Shown here piece after piece: positions 11,955 to 24,476 of a stretch of 64,000 nt of DNA. The translations under genes and the position numbers were made by a program. The notes under the pieces were generated by a model. The model was not told the origin of the DNA. It did no database searches and saw only the letters and a program-made list of their open reading frames with translations. Each line of letters opens with the position of its first letter. The first letter of the stretch is position 1. Source of the DNA: Hyphochytrium catenoides (taxonomy: Eukaryota > Protista > Hyphochytriomycota); assembly GCA_900088475.1 (NCBI GenBank), contig FLMG01002354.1, positions 1 through 64,000 of the forward strand, written 5' to 3'.

Positions 11955-13056
11955 GTTTATAGGAGCAGGATAAGATGAGAATTGAACGGAGAAGCTATTC
12001 GGTTGCTTTGTTGGCAGCTCTGGCTAGGACATTTATACTTTTCCAAGATTATCTGTTCTCACGCCTCTCTCTTATGAGAGCTTGATTTTTTGCACGCTCT
12101 AGCTGGGCCGTTCAGCCGTTGCTAGATCGCATCGCTAGCCGAAGCAGGACATTGGACGTAGAGCGTCAGTTCTGATTGGACTCCAAAGAAGGGCACGTCG
12201 TCTCAGGACGTGAAGGGTTTACAACGACAAGGCTGAGAATAGCTGCTTTAATGGGGTACGAGAGCGAGGGTTACTGGGACAGGATGAGGAACTTGCAGAC
12301 GGGCTAATGCTAAAGGATACCCGGCCAAAGAGAGAGAGAGAGAAGACGGACAGACAGGCGCGTCAGAGGCGGGAGCGAGCCGCCGGGCAAGAGGTGGCGG
12401 CAAACTCTCAGCTACGGACATCTCTTCACGTCATGGGCGTTACCGGGGACGGTAGATACCAGGACCGCTGGTAGATACCCACTTGTTTGGGACTGTGAGA
12501 ACCACGCGGTTTACCACCTCACAAACGTTGAAGGGAGTGCGGTAGATAACAGAAATGTATGTGGTAGCTACCAGGAGTGCAGTGTAGTTTATAAGAAATG
12601 ACAAAGATCTCTTCTTCTTACAGTTTGCGCACTTTGGCACCAAGTAGTAAAGTGTCTGACACAGAAGGAAGAGAGGAGTCAACGGCCAGAGTTTGGCAGG
12701 CCCTATTCATCCGCCTGCCCTCGTGGAAGCACAACCTTAACCGGAGATCGGAAGCCCTTGAGACGGTGCGTCGCGGCAAGCCGTACTCTGAAGTTACTCT
12801 GGTACTGGAGTTGGTTGTGCAAACTAGGGCTTTCTAGGGCAAGGGGCTCGAGCCAAGCCGTCATCATTGGATGCGAAAAAGTCTATTCCCTCTTTCTTGC
12901 CTCTGCCATTCCGTACCAGGTGCTTTACATATCACTGAGCTTGCTCTATCTCTTCAGCAGAGCGGTGACTTGCGCTTGTAACGACGGTTTATACGGCTAT
13001 GCAAAGCTAGTTGGGGAGACAAGCAGTGTTTTCCTTTTCGGAAGCTCATAGAAAGG

Positions 13057-13386
13057 ATGCATCCTTTAGTTCGTGATTTATACAGGCGCTTCGTGCATGT
13101 GGGTCGCGACTATCCCTTAGGCTGGAGCGCTATACGAGATAAAGTCAAGCAAGAATTTTTCAAGAAAAAAGAGATAAGGGACGAGGTGGAGCTGAAGAAG
13201 GCTATCAAGGATGGCCGGTATATGGTTCGAGAGATGATTGGCGTCATTCAGATGAAGAAGTACAGAGCTCTGAACCAGAGATATACCTCCCCCGAGAACC
13301 AAGAAGCTCTGACAGAGCTCCGGCAGAGATATGCACACCTGTTCGGCGACCTTGACAAACATGGGAGCGGCCTCAACAGTCATTAA
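13057..13386 (+). CDS. LYRM5: LYR-motif protein, LYRM5/ETFRF1-like (mitochondrial ETF regulatory factor)
   Basis: DLYRRFVHVGRDYPLG..KQEFFKK..GRYMVREMIGVIQMKKYRALNQRY matches the LYRM5 pattern (LY..GRDYP.G..F.K..KYRAM..RY). Single coding exon. Confidence 0.85.
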   Translation: MHPLVRDLYRRFVHVGRDYPLGWSAIRDKVKQEFFKKKEIRDEVELKKAIKDGRYMVREMIGVIQMKKYRALNQRYTSPENQEALTELRQRYAHLFGDLDKHGSGLNSH

Positions 13387-13834
13387 CCCTCTGGGGCCAG
13401 CGTCAACGCTACTCAACCTGGGGAATAAGAGCACCCATGGTCTTCTTTGACCATGCCGGCTGTTATTGCTTAAGAACTCACTCTTTATTGACGACTATCT
13501 GTCGTTGTCTCCGACATCCTTCAGCTTCTCAATTCTTCAGTATGAGGAACCCATGCGTAGCAAACAGTCGGAGAGTCGAGAGAGTCCAGAACTAATCTAA
13601 AGGCTCCAGCAATCCAAGAAAGAAGTCTGATGACCTAAGAGCCAGAACGTTGGAAGCGGATTTTTAGACTATCGTTGAATAACTCTGCAGTTTCTGATGT
13701 GTCAACGACAGCCTCTAAATACAATGAGTAGAGTTCGAGAGGGGCTTCCTTTCTGCGGCCATCCAGCGACTGGTGATCCAGACTTGTACAGGAATGCACA
13801 AGTAGCAAAGGGTTGAGGGTTGAAAGTCTTAGGG

Positions 13835-14321
13835 TCACTGTGCTTCTTTCTGAGGAAGTTTGACGGTCACTACGGCCTTTTTGTACGCCTTTTCCTTATA
13901 TATCCGGTGTCCATATTCAGCTCGTTTCACTTTGCCTGAAAAAGGTAGGAATCCGGTGAGGGAGCATAAGGCACAAAAGTGCTATTGGTGCCATCTCAAT
14001 CTTCCTGCTTGCTTTCACTCTATCTCCTTTCCTTCGCGGTCTAAGCGATAGCCCCTCTTCTGCCAGCTTCTCGTGTAGCCAGCTGGAGGGCTCATCTGCA
14101 GAAACCCTAGCTATTCTATGGTCGTACTCACCGTCGTAGTTCTGGGTGTTAATCCTGAGAATATCAAGGCCGTAGAGCTTTGTCAGATACTCCTTGATGT
14201 CCTTCTTGTTATACTTTGGATCTACGCGGAAGACAAGCTCATTCTCCTTGTACTTTGTGTTAGCAGTCTTCCGGATGAGAGTGACAGCCATGTTTGGCAA
14301 CCGAAGCCTGTTCCATACCAT
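13835..14321 (-). CDS. MRPL23: Mitochondrial ribosomal protein uL23m (2 exons)
   Basis: Exon 14321-14132 (LVFRVDPKYNKKDIKEYLTKLYGLDILRINTQNYD) joins exon 13935-13835 (GKVKR..YKKAVVTV) across a GT-AG intron. Confidence 0.88.
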
Positions 14322-15961
14322 TTCTCCCCGATAATAAATAAAATCACAGATCTAAAGACCAGTTCCTTAACGTTTTGACCAAAGGCTAGCAGATACAGGG
14401 CTGCACGAGTCTTCTGGCTAAGATCTGGGACATTGCAGAGCTTCACACTGGAGCTTCTGATCTCAATCTGCAGACCGAGCTTGGCCTCCATCCAGACCAG
14501 ATGACGGCCAGGATGGGTGGGCGGGGAAGATGGGCATTATCGTGCCCTAGACCAGACATGTGATTTATAATAGATAACTAAATATTCTTCCTGTGTGATC
14601 ATCTTTCCGCGGGTTCCCTTTGTTGAAGTCATACAAGATACGAAGTGCAAGGAGTGGTTAGACAGTGTGAAGCTCAGTACCAGACAGAGCTGGTTGTTAT
14701 CCTGATGATAATTATAATTGATTGGATAGGAGAGATATCAGAAGAGCATCACGAGATACAGGAATGTATGAACAAGGAAGGCCAAGCTGTGACCGAACGG
14801 GTTTCCGTAACCTCCATGATGATGGCCGATTTCTTGCGCCAGCCATCGAACTTGCCTCTCCCGCACTCGTTCTCCCTCTTTCCTTTCTCTGTCTCTCCGG
14901 ATATATACCTATAACTCCATATCGCCCTATCTCGTATTTATCGACTTTTCTTTGGACGGCGCTCTGTCTCGTGACGCTTGGTCTCCCTCCATCTCTCTGT
15001 CTCTTTTCCTTTCCTGCTAATGGCTGGGGTGAATGCTCGCCAAGAAAGAGCAAGGGCAGATGAGACAGAGTAGTTTAAATGAGAGACAGAGTTAGCAAGC
15101 CTGGAGCTAGAGCCACCTCAATAGGAGAGAAAGTCAGAGTTGAGGGAGGAGAGATGGATGGAGACCCTGCAAAGAGATACAGAGATAGTGTCAAGAGAAA
15201 CCGAAGTGGAAGAGAGGAAGAGAGAGAATCTCTTGCACACCTTTCCATCTCCACTGCGCTGTGGGGCTGTTAAAACTGGGGTGAGACAGAGAGGGAGAGA
15301 GAGGCATCGCATTGCTGGTAACTAGACAGAACAAGGGAAGGCAGATCTGTAGACAGATCGAGAAAGAGAGAACGAGAGAGAGAGAAAAATGGTGAACGGT
15401 GAGGAGTCTAACTGTCTCTTCGCCTCCACTCTATTTGGTACTAAGAAAATCTAACATTATTCATAGTCTCCTGCCGTTCGCGTGTCCTCTGAAGGCTTGG
15501 GAATAGCACCGGTCGCCCCCTCTGTCTTTCTCACTCATAGTGCTTTACCCTCTCTAAGCATGTCTCTCGCTCTCCGCCTTACTGCCTTGAACTTGAAAGG
15601 AGGGCCCCACAGTTCTGGTCGCAGTCGCCCAATGGCCGGCTGGCAGGGAGGGAACATAACCTTCCGAGAAAGAAGGGAAGAGGGCGACGGCAGCATTGGA
15701 CGGAAGAAAGTCCCGCCGCAGATTCTTTGAACTGAAGGCTCCATAGCCAACCTTCAGGATCCACAGCATCTCAGCATCTCTCACTGTTGCTGCTTCTGTT
15801 CTCAGTTCTCTAGCTCTCCATAAGTTTTTTACTCGTCTGAGCTTGCAAAGATATATCTTTCCTCTTCTCACAGCTTCCATCTTCGTCATCTTGGCAATTG
15901 TGCTCTCTAGCACATATATGCGCTACCCGCAAAAGGCTACGCTATTATAAGAGGAAGAACA

Positions 15962-17702
15962 ATGGATGATGCGACATACCGGAGCTATATGGCTTCCACC
16001 TCTCCCTCAGGGGCGGAGGAAGAGTGGTACTTCTCTGATTCCACCTCTGCCGCCAGTGCAAAAGAAGTACCAGATGTTGCGGACCTCGATCATGACTTTG
16101 CGGAATCTGGAATGCGCAATGAGTCTTCATTTCTTGATTCAGAGGCAAGCGGAGAGCCTGTTAGCTATTACTTTGCTGACAAGACATCCGTAGTGAAGGA
16201 CTTGGCGCCAGGAAAGACTCCTGAAGAGAAGAGGGAGGCTCGAAGAAAATGGGCTATCAAGATTCTTTGGTTTCTCCTCTTTGTCTTTGCCTCTCTCCTC
16301 TCTCTCTACTTCTTCCTTGTAGCCATCAGGTGGATTGGAGACTCATTCATCCTGCTGCTTGGCTGCTCTGCTCGCTCCACCTTTGACTTTGCGTCTAATC
16401 CCTTGGCAGGTCTTATGATTGGCACAGCTGTGACAGCACTCCTCCATAGCTCAGGAACGGTGACATCGTTGACGGTTGCGTTGGTGGGGGCTAACGCTTT
16501 GAGTATCGAAGAGGCAGTCCCGTTGATGATGGGCGCTAATGTCGGAACAACGGTGTCTGCTCTACTGGTGGCGTTTGGGCATTATAAGGACAACGAGAAG
16601 TTTGAGCGGTCCATGGCAACAGCGTCGGTGCATGCTTTTTATAATATTTGCTCTGTCCTTGTGCTCTATCCAATTGAGCTCATCTTTCATCCTCTAGAGA
16701 AGCTCTCTCTCTATCTGGCTGANNNNNNNNNNNNNNNNNNNNNNNNNNNNNNNNNNNNNNNNNNNNNNNNNNNNNNNNNTTGCGGACACACTAGTTGAGT
16801 TGGATCTTGACCTTATGAGGAAGATCACGGTCGGAGGTGAAAACTGCTCTGATGACATCTCCCTTATCCGAGGAGGCTCTTTCTTCAAGAGTGAGCTCAG
16901 TGATCAGTCGGTTGGACTTATCTGCTTGACCATCGGCTTCATCGTGTTAGTCCTATCATTGGTCTGCCTTATCAACATGCTTGCCCGTGTCTTCATGGCC
17001 TCCACACAGAAGATTGTTCGGTCTGTCTTTGGCTATAATGCCTATCTAAACATCGCAGTGGGTACAATAGTGACCTTCTGCCTCCACTCCTCTACGGTGG
17101 TCACGTGCACGCTCACGCCTATGGCGGGTTTAGGGGTCATCACCCTTGATCAGGCTTATCCTCTCATCATCGGTGCAAATCTAGGGACTACAGGCACGGC
17201 TCTTCTCGCCTCTCTTGTGGTTGGAAGCGTCGAGGCGGTGGCGGTAGCATTCTCTCACTTCTTTTTCAATCTATTTGGTATCCTCCTCTTCTATCCTGTC
17301 CCCATCAGCCGAGTGCCTGTCATTTATCTAGCGAAGAAGCTAGCCTTGTACAGTGCACACTGGCCGCTGTTGGGTGTAATGTTCATTCTCTTCACTTTCG
17401 TCCTGTTCCCAGGGTTTGGTGTCCTGCTGGTCTACCTCTTCCAGCTAGAAAACTTGGGCCTAAATGCTCTCGGCGTCATCCTGGTCTGTCTAACCGGACT
17501 AGGGGCATGTGCTTTGGCATGGTGGTACTTCCGCTCAGCGGGCAGGCACAAGTTCCATATGTTCCTTAGAGCTAAGGGCCAGGCTAGAGGCTTCGTCGTG
17601 TATATGGAGGAAGGCAAGGACTTGGATGGAAGTAATACCTCGGTGACCGATAGCAGTAGGAGCCTGTCTAGGAGCCCGCTGGATAGCGTCTCTTATCCCT
17701 AG
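15962..17702 (+). CDS. SLC34/NptA-family Na+/phosphate-type cotransporter (spans an assembly gap)
   Basis: Two internal repeats: SNPLAGLMIGTAVTALLHSSGTVTS..MGANVGTT and GTIVTFCLHSSTVVT..YPLIIGANLGTT, plus HFFFNLFGILLFYP. The frame offset between the two ORFs coincides with the N run. No visible introns. Confidence 0.9.
16723..16780. other. Assembly gap (N run) inside the SLC34 CDS
   Basis: Run of N. Its length does not preserve the reading frame, so it is an estimate. Confidence 0.99.
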
Positions 17703-18659
17703 TCAGCATCGATAACAATCACTAAAAGGAGGAGTTAGGTTGACTGCCATGACAGCCATCAGATTGTAAGAGCAACAAAGTGAAAGACGGCTTATCGGGA
17801 TATTAAATACTCGTGACCTTAGGAAGTGGAGCCCAGCCCCAGTCCAAGCTGTACGTGATCACATCCTTGCCTAAGACCTACCGGTTTGACTGTCCTAGCA
17901 TTTTCCATGAGTGAATGCAGGTCCTAGAAGGGTACTCGCATTCTTAATGATCCACTGTCGGGGGCGCGGCGCTGACGGCAAGGGTAGCGTCTGAATCCTA
18001 GACAATTTCTATTTCTTACCTATCTAAAGTAGTCCCAGTGGGCAAATCTAATAATACTAGGAGGTTGGGAACCAATACTCGTCCCTACGGGAGTGTATGC
18101 TTAGCCAACAGTCCTTTTAATGGAGTGTATGGTCCAGATGCATGAGATGGTGAAAGGACATTCACAATGAACCAAGCTCGCCGCATGTCGTCCTTTCTGA
18201 AACCAGAAGTACCTATATGATCCGCTCGTCTGCATCCTTTCTTTAGCTGCTTATGATGACGGTCCGCCCTGGTAGCAGAGATGGTTGTCTAAACAGGATA
18301 TATCTTCCGGCGCTCTCTCTTCCTCAGCAAGCAAGTAGACAAATATAACAGCAGAGAGAGAAGTGAAAAGGTACGGAGGGGATAGGGAAAGAGACAGAGC
18401 ATAAATGGAAGATAGATACAGAGATTGAAGAGAGAAGATGACAACTTCCAGAGACGACGAGAGAGAAAGGACAGAGGAAGAGAGAGACCAAGAGAACAGA
18501 AAGAAGGGGAGGAAAAAGAGGGATTCAAAGGAAAGCTGTTGTGTCTACTGCCGGTGCATGGTAGGAAAATGTACAAGCATGTCAAGAGAGTCAAGTCAGA
18601 GTCGTGCTTGGCACCTCGCTATGGTTGCCCATCTGTGTCCTGTCTGTGCATAGAAGCCG

Positions 18660-19257
18660 ATGAAGGTAAGGGGATCCTGCACTCTGACCTTAATTCTCTG
18701 TCACACCAGAGGGCAGACTAATGACACTTTCCACAGACCATTGTGGAGCTAAGCAGGTGATTGCATTTTGACATCTTAGGTGGTCCGCTGCAGTTCGGAC
18801 GATTGTATGGATGTCTTGAGTGCTGATCCTCTGGTACGTAGGAAGGCTAGGATACCATGTGAGAGGACACAGAGACACGCAAGCATGTACAGGAAAAAGA
18901 CCACGATGAACTGCAACAGAAACTTAGACGACAGTGGTGCATAGTACCTCGACAAAGTGGCCAGCACGGCCAGCAAGTCCCCCTACTCGCAACAGCGATT
19001 TCGGCGGCCCCTAGATGTGCTACAGAAGATCTGTGTCAAAGTGAACTGGTATCATCTTGATCATACGTCGGACTGGAAGCTGTGTCAGAATGGATCGCAC
19101 CATCGCACAGCCCTTCTACTATACAAGTGACCAGCACTCTGAACGTCCACTTGCAGGTAGCAGCAGAATGGTGGTACAAGTACTGAAGCGTCAGACAGCA
19201 GCTCCCGTAGGAGTGCAAGATGACCACACAGAAGAGATGACCTTTGAAAAGGCATAG
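18660..19257 (+). CDS. Possible small multi-exon hypothetical gene
   Basis: ATG AAG|gtaagg..ttag|18780-18833|gtacgt..catag|18945.. can be phased to MKVVRCSSDDCMDVLSADPLYLDKVAST... No homology recognised. Confidence 0.25.
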
Positions 19258-20099
19258 TCCTTGGAACAATCTTCTATGCATGTAGAGCTAGACCTGTCCC
19301 TTGCTGCTTTCCATCTCAATAAGAAAGTGTCCACTGTGGAGCTGCGGTAGGGTCGGACAGCGGCGGCCTCTCCTCAGGCAAGCACAAGGGCTTGATTTGG
19401 TATGGATCACACACAGTGGAGTGAGTGATGAGAAGGGGAGGCGTCAGAGAGAGAGAGGGAGAGAGGAGGTTGGCATCAGAACCCAACTGGTTCTTAAGAA
19501 CCTAAGATTATCGCATATCTCACGTGTTGGTTATAGTGCTAATTAGCCTTTTGGAGGATAGTTAGAGCTGTAGCCATTGCTATAAGCGTCTTCGTGATAG
19601 AGTGAAAGCTTTTGTCCTAAGCTAGTCGCCATGGTGCCAAGTATCAGGCCAAGCTGCAGCAGGAAAGTCTGCTGCTTTGCTGGTGGGACAGGCAGAGGAG
19701 TCAATAGAGAGATGGACATATAGTCGAGAAGTGAGCACGGGCAAGAGAGAGCAGCAAGGCAGCGCTGGGAGGGCGAGACTGCTGACAGGAAAGGTTAGGA
19801 GGAGCAAAAGAAGCACGAAGGCTAGCGGCCTGACGTGAGCGGAAGGAGCCCAAAATTGCCGTGAAGACCTTGCTCATCATCCCGCCAACTCATCGTCAGT
19901 CTTGTCCTTATATAGCACTGATATCACGCCTTGCGCTTCCCTTTCTTTGCTCTCTTCGTCTCTTCTCCTCCACAATCCGTGGAGGCTGTTAACTAATTGG
20001 GAGCAGAAGAGTGCATCTTACCAGCATTCGGAAAAGAAGCGAAGACAGACTATCACAAGAGAGAAGAGGAGAGGGAAGGGAAGATCACTTTAAGGAGCT

Positions 20100-23000
20100 A
20101 TGGACCCTTTGGAGCATTCTCAAGCCACAGTCCTTATGGCGGGCTTGAGAATGCAAGCAGAGATTGAGAGCCAGTCTGCAACCTCCCAGGCAGTGCCAGC
20201 CTTACCTTCTTCTTACCATTCCACTTCTACGGTGAATGGATCTCTAAGCAGCCCTACCTCCGGCATGGTCTCCTCTTCTGTTTCTCCTGCACTATCCGAC
20301 TTAGGCACTCCCATCGGCGAAGAAGGGGAAGAGGAGAGCACGATGAAGAGAGAAGGAGCCATCCTCAAAAAGCTTCTTTCCACCGCGGGAATAAGTGCTG
20401 ACGAGGACACGACGGAACGTGATGAGCTTATGGCAATGTATGGCACCGATGACTTAGACCATTCGTTTCACTGGGTGGTCCAAGGGATAATCGAGGTACC
20501 GTTTGGTCGTCGCCAATGCTGTGCTTAGCTGCTCAGTTTGGCAGATATCATTTGACTTGAGCTAACCATTCTCTCCTCCATCCTCATCCTCTCCTCACTC
20601 TTCGTCGCTCTCCTTGTTCTCCTCGGTAGGAGTTTTTGAGAGGCAAGAAGCGCGTCTTTCAGACGTGGAATGGCTATCTGAACCTACCAAGAATCGTCAA
20701 AGACAATGCTGAGAAGCTTCTGGCAATTGAAGGTGACGCCGTGTTACTTCTATTTTCCTCACTTCGGTACAGTGGCCCTCATTATCGCCCTCTCTTCCGA
20801 ACTGGTCTTTTGCCCTATTTCTCCCCTCTCCCATCCTTCATTTGCTCGGCCCGCATCTCTCTTCTTCCCATTGCCAGGGTCGACGTGGACTGATGATCTG
20901 GATAAGAAACTAAAGGAGTTGGTCTCAGAGTACCAGCGGAAACGGCATCTACTAGCCTCTCCGTCCCATAACGCAGTGTCGGAGCTGAAGCCCCTTCTTA
21001 CGCGCTTCCTTTCCTCTCTCCTTAAACATCCTCAAGAAACTGCTCGGACTTACTGCGAGAGAGTAAGGATGACCTTTCTCCCGCCCCTTTATGCTCTGCC
21101 TGGACTCCTTTCTTGTTGTCACCGTCTACAGTTTTTCCTACCTGAAGCTGATTACATTAAGGACTTCTACTCTGGAAAGCACGACGTCGAAAGCTGCTTG
21201 TTCTGTTAGCTGCCTGCTGATACTGCTTTCTCTTGATGAGCTAAGAGGCTTTGCCCAACCTTTCATATTCCATGGGATCCCAAGCCTCCACTCTATTATG
21301 ACTCCCATAGCAACCTCTCATCACCTCTAAACTGGCTTCTTTCACCTAGATGTGGCAGGCGGGCACAAAGTCCGATACCCCTAAGCTACGCATTGTTATA
21401 ATTCTAGTGGGGTCTCGTGGTGACGTCCAGCCTTTTATCGCTCTGGGCAAGCGCCTGCAATCCGACTTTGGACACAGAGTGCGGATTGCCACGCACGAAA
21501 CATTCAGATCGTTCGTAACATCCCATGGCCTACAGTTTTTTTCTCTCCCTGGGGACCCCAAGGCGCTGATTGATATCATGGTAAAACACGATCTTCTGAG
21601 CCCCGGAATGGCAGGTAGGTTTACTGGAGAAGGGACATGGAGATGAGGAGACCATAACATAATAAGCCAACAGGAAGGTGCTTGCTTCATAGCAGTGGTT
21701 AAAAAATTGAACCTCTGAGAGTAGAGACAGATGAGAGGTTAGATGCACCCTAACTCGGATATATCGCCCCCTCCCCTCCGTGTTTGGTCCTTTAGTTGAG
21801 GGGTTCCGTACTAAGCGGCCCTGGCTTAAGGAGCTATTTCCAGCCTGCTACCGGGCGTGCATCACACCACTGGATGGCGAGGACTTCTATAGGGCCGACA
21901 CTATCATAGCTAATCCACCTTCCTTCGCTGTAAGTGCATAACGACGATCAGAGAGAGGATAGAAGAAGAGACACTAGGCAAGGCATCTGCTAATATCGTG
22001 TCCCTCACGACTACCTTTCATATCTTCATTGCGTAGGGGGTGCACATAGCAGAGAAGCTTGGTATCCCTTGTCATATGGCCTTCACTATGCCCTGGTAAG
22101 CTTACTCGGGTATCACTTGAGGCTACCGCAGAAGTTTCGCGTTTAGCGTTCAATATTGTCGCTATGTAGATCTAAGCCTGGGTCCTCCTCGCTCTTGATT
22201 GTGCGCTCTTTCAATGTGCTGACTAAGCCATCATCTGCCTTACTCTAGGACTCCTACAAGCTCAGTCCAAAGTCCTTTTATCACGAACTCTTTTTACGAG
22301 TCTGGTCAGGCCAAGTATCTCACTTACAGAGGAGTCGATCTCGCTATATGGGCCGGCATTCGCGATATCGTCCAAAGCTGGAGGACGAAAGTGCTACGTA
22401 CGGTCTCCGATAAGAAGTGATATATCGTTCACTCTTTATGCCTCTTTAACTCGCCCGCAGAGTATCCCCTATCTTTCTCACCGTAATTTTCAGCTAAGCA
22501 AATCCCTCCTTGCAGGTATTCCCCGGCTCAAGGGTGGACACCGGGTATTACGAGACAAGAATGTCCCGTTTCTTTACTGCTTTAGCGAATACCTTATCCC
22601 AAGGCCTGAGGACTGGTCGCCGCATTGCCAGGTACTCTGCTTGAAAAGTCTCCATCGCCACGATGTTCGTTGCTTATTAGCGTAAGCGGCATTCTCTAAC
22701 TTGCTTCTCCTTGTCTCTAAATCCTTCAATTTTCGATCAACCGTTGTCCATGTTGCTTCCCTCTGTACGCTGCCTCAGTCGGAATCCGCCACATTCGTTT
22801 TAGGTTTGGCTTGTGCTTGTCCTACTAACACTTACTGAGGTGGCATCTCTTTTCTAAGATTCGAACTACTTTCCTCTGTATGGTTCCCTGAAAGACTTCG
22901 TATCTCGCCCAGTCCACTGTTCTAACCGGTGTTTCGTCTTCTGTTTCACACTGCAAAGGTGACAGGCTTTTGGTTCTTGGACAATCCTGACGCAGATTTT

Positions 23001-24476
23001 TCTCCTCCTCCTGCTTTGGAGCGGTTCCTTGAAGATCCACCAGTTTTCATCGGTTTTGGGTCTATAGTTGTTGATGATCCCAAAGGCCTGATGAAGACAG
23101 TGTTGGAAGCCGTTAGGTTGTCAGGTGGGGTACATGCTATTCATTCTCTCCTCTATTTCCTTTCTGGAGAGCTTTTTGCTGATTTTCCAGTTTATCTGTC
23201 TGTTTGGTCGCTTGTGCCCATGGTTAACCCCAGGTCAGCGCGCAATCATCCAGCAGGGTTGGGCTGGCATAGACTCTTCAGAGGTTCCTGAGGGTGTTAT
23301 GGTCATTGGAGCGGCTCCCCATGACTGGCTCTTCAGCCGATGCAAAGCGGTGGTGCACCATGGAGGGGCGGGAACTACCGCGGCTGGCATTAGAGCAGGT
23401 GGGAACGAAGAAGAAAGGAGACACGTAGTTTGGGACCAGTTTCCTAGCTTCTGATCTTTGGCCAGTCTATTGAATTGATCATACTAGTTGCTTGAGGGAG
23501 AGAATGGAAGCAACTAAACCTCCTTGCCCTTCGCCCTAGTTGTTGCCATGTTGGTGTTTCTACTTCAATCCCGCATGAATCTTATTTGAACTTACTCTCC
23601 CCTTTTCCTCTGGACTGTATACAACGCCTACCCTCGTTCCAGGCAAGCCGACCGTAGTGGTTCCCTTCTTTGGGGATCAGTTCTTTTGGGGTCAGATGAT
23701 TAGTAGTGCTGGAGCGGGGCCCTCACCGGTCCCTTACGCGAAGCTCACTGCAGCAACTCTTGGGGAAGCAATCAGGACCGCATGTTCCTCGGGATGCTTA
23801 GCACAGGCAGCAGAACTTGGAGCAAAAATCAGGTGGAGTTTCCACTGCAGGGTGGTTGTCACCTCTATCTCTCCAATATATCCTGACGGGCTACGATGCT
23901 TTATCCCTATCCTATCTCATCTGCAAATGAGTTTTGCTTGTCCGAGTTTAGTGCGGGCATTAAACTTTGCCACTTGGGCTTATAACTTTTGCCACTTGCG
24001 CTTATAAAACGTTTTCTGTCTACTCTCTTTATCATCCTATCCCTAAACCGAAACACTTCTCATTCTCTCGCTTATAGCTCTTCAGATTGCCTCGTCTGAC
24101 CTCACTCCGTTGCGCGCTTTTACCTCGTCGAAACTCTTCCACTCCATCCGATTCTAGGGCTGAGGACGGTGTCGGCAAAGCCATTGACCTCTTTCACTCT
24201 TTTCTTCCACTGTCTCGTATGAGCTGCCAAGGACCTTGCGACGGAGAGCAATGCCCATCCGGTCAGGTGGCAGTAGTCTTTAACAAGACGACAGAGCGAA
24301 GGATGTGCAGAGACTGTGATAAGAGGCTGAGAGAAAGAGGAGCTTCCCAATCTCCTCCTAAGACGTACAAGCGTTATCTCTTCCGATACGTTGACTGGGA
24401 TGATCAGTACTTCCACCTTCCCGAGGACACGCTAGTAGGAGAGGAGCTGCAACCTAACTGTCCCTCTCCTTACTAG
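20100..24476 (+). CDS. Sterol 3-beta-glucosyltransferase-like glycosyltransferase (UGT80/Atg26-like, multi-exon)
   Basis: IVIILVGSRGDVQPFIALGKRLQSDFGHRVRIATH, IIANPPSFA|GVHIAEKLGIPCHMAFTMPWTPT, LIPRPEDW, VTGFWFL, PPVFIGFGSIVVDDP, APHDWLFSRCKAVVHHGGAGTTAAG, VPFFGDQFFWG. The 5' exons (20.5-21.3 kb) are only approximately resolved. Confidence 0.92.

Noticed and set aside
12311-13051. Candidate small gene upstream of LYRM5
   Set aside because: The open frames lack a consistent ATG/splice phase and homology. Promoter or 5' UTR (possibly with a UTR intron) is more likely.
16723-16800. Apparent frameshift or split of the SLC34 gene into two ORFs
   Set aside because: The frame change falls exactly at an N gap of estimated length, so it is an assembly artefact rather than a pseudogene or recoding.
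23962-24006. ~22-nt imperfect tandem duplication (aactttgccacttg.gcttat)
   Set aside because: Only two copies inside an intron, consistent with ordinary slippage.
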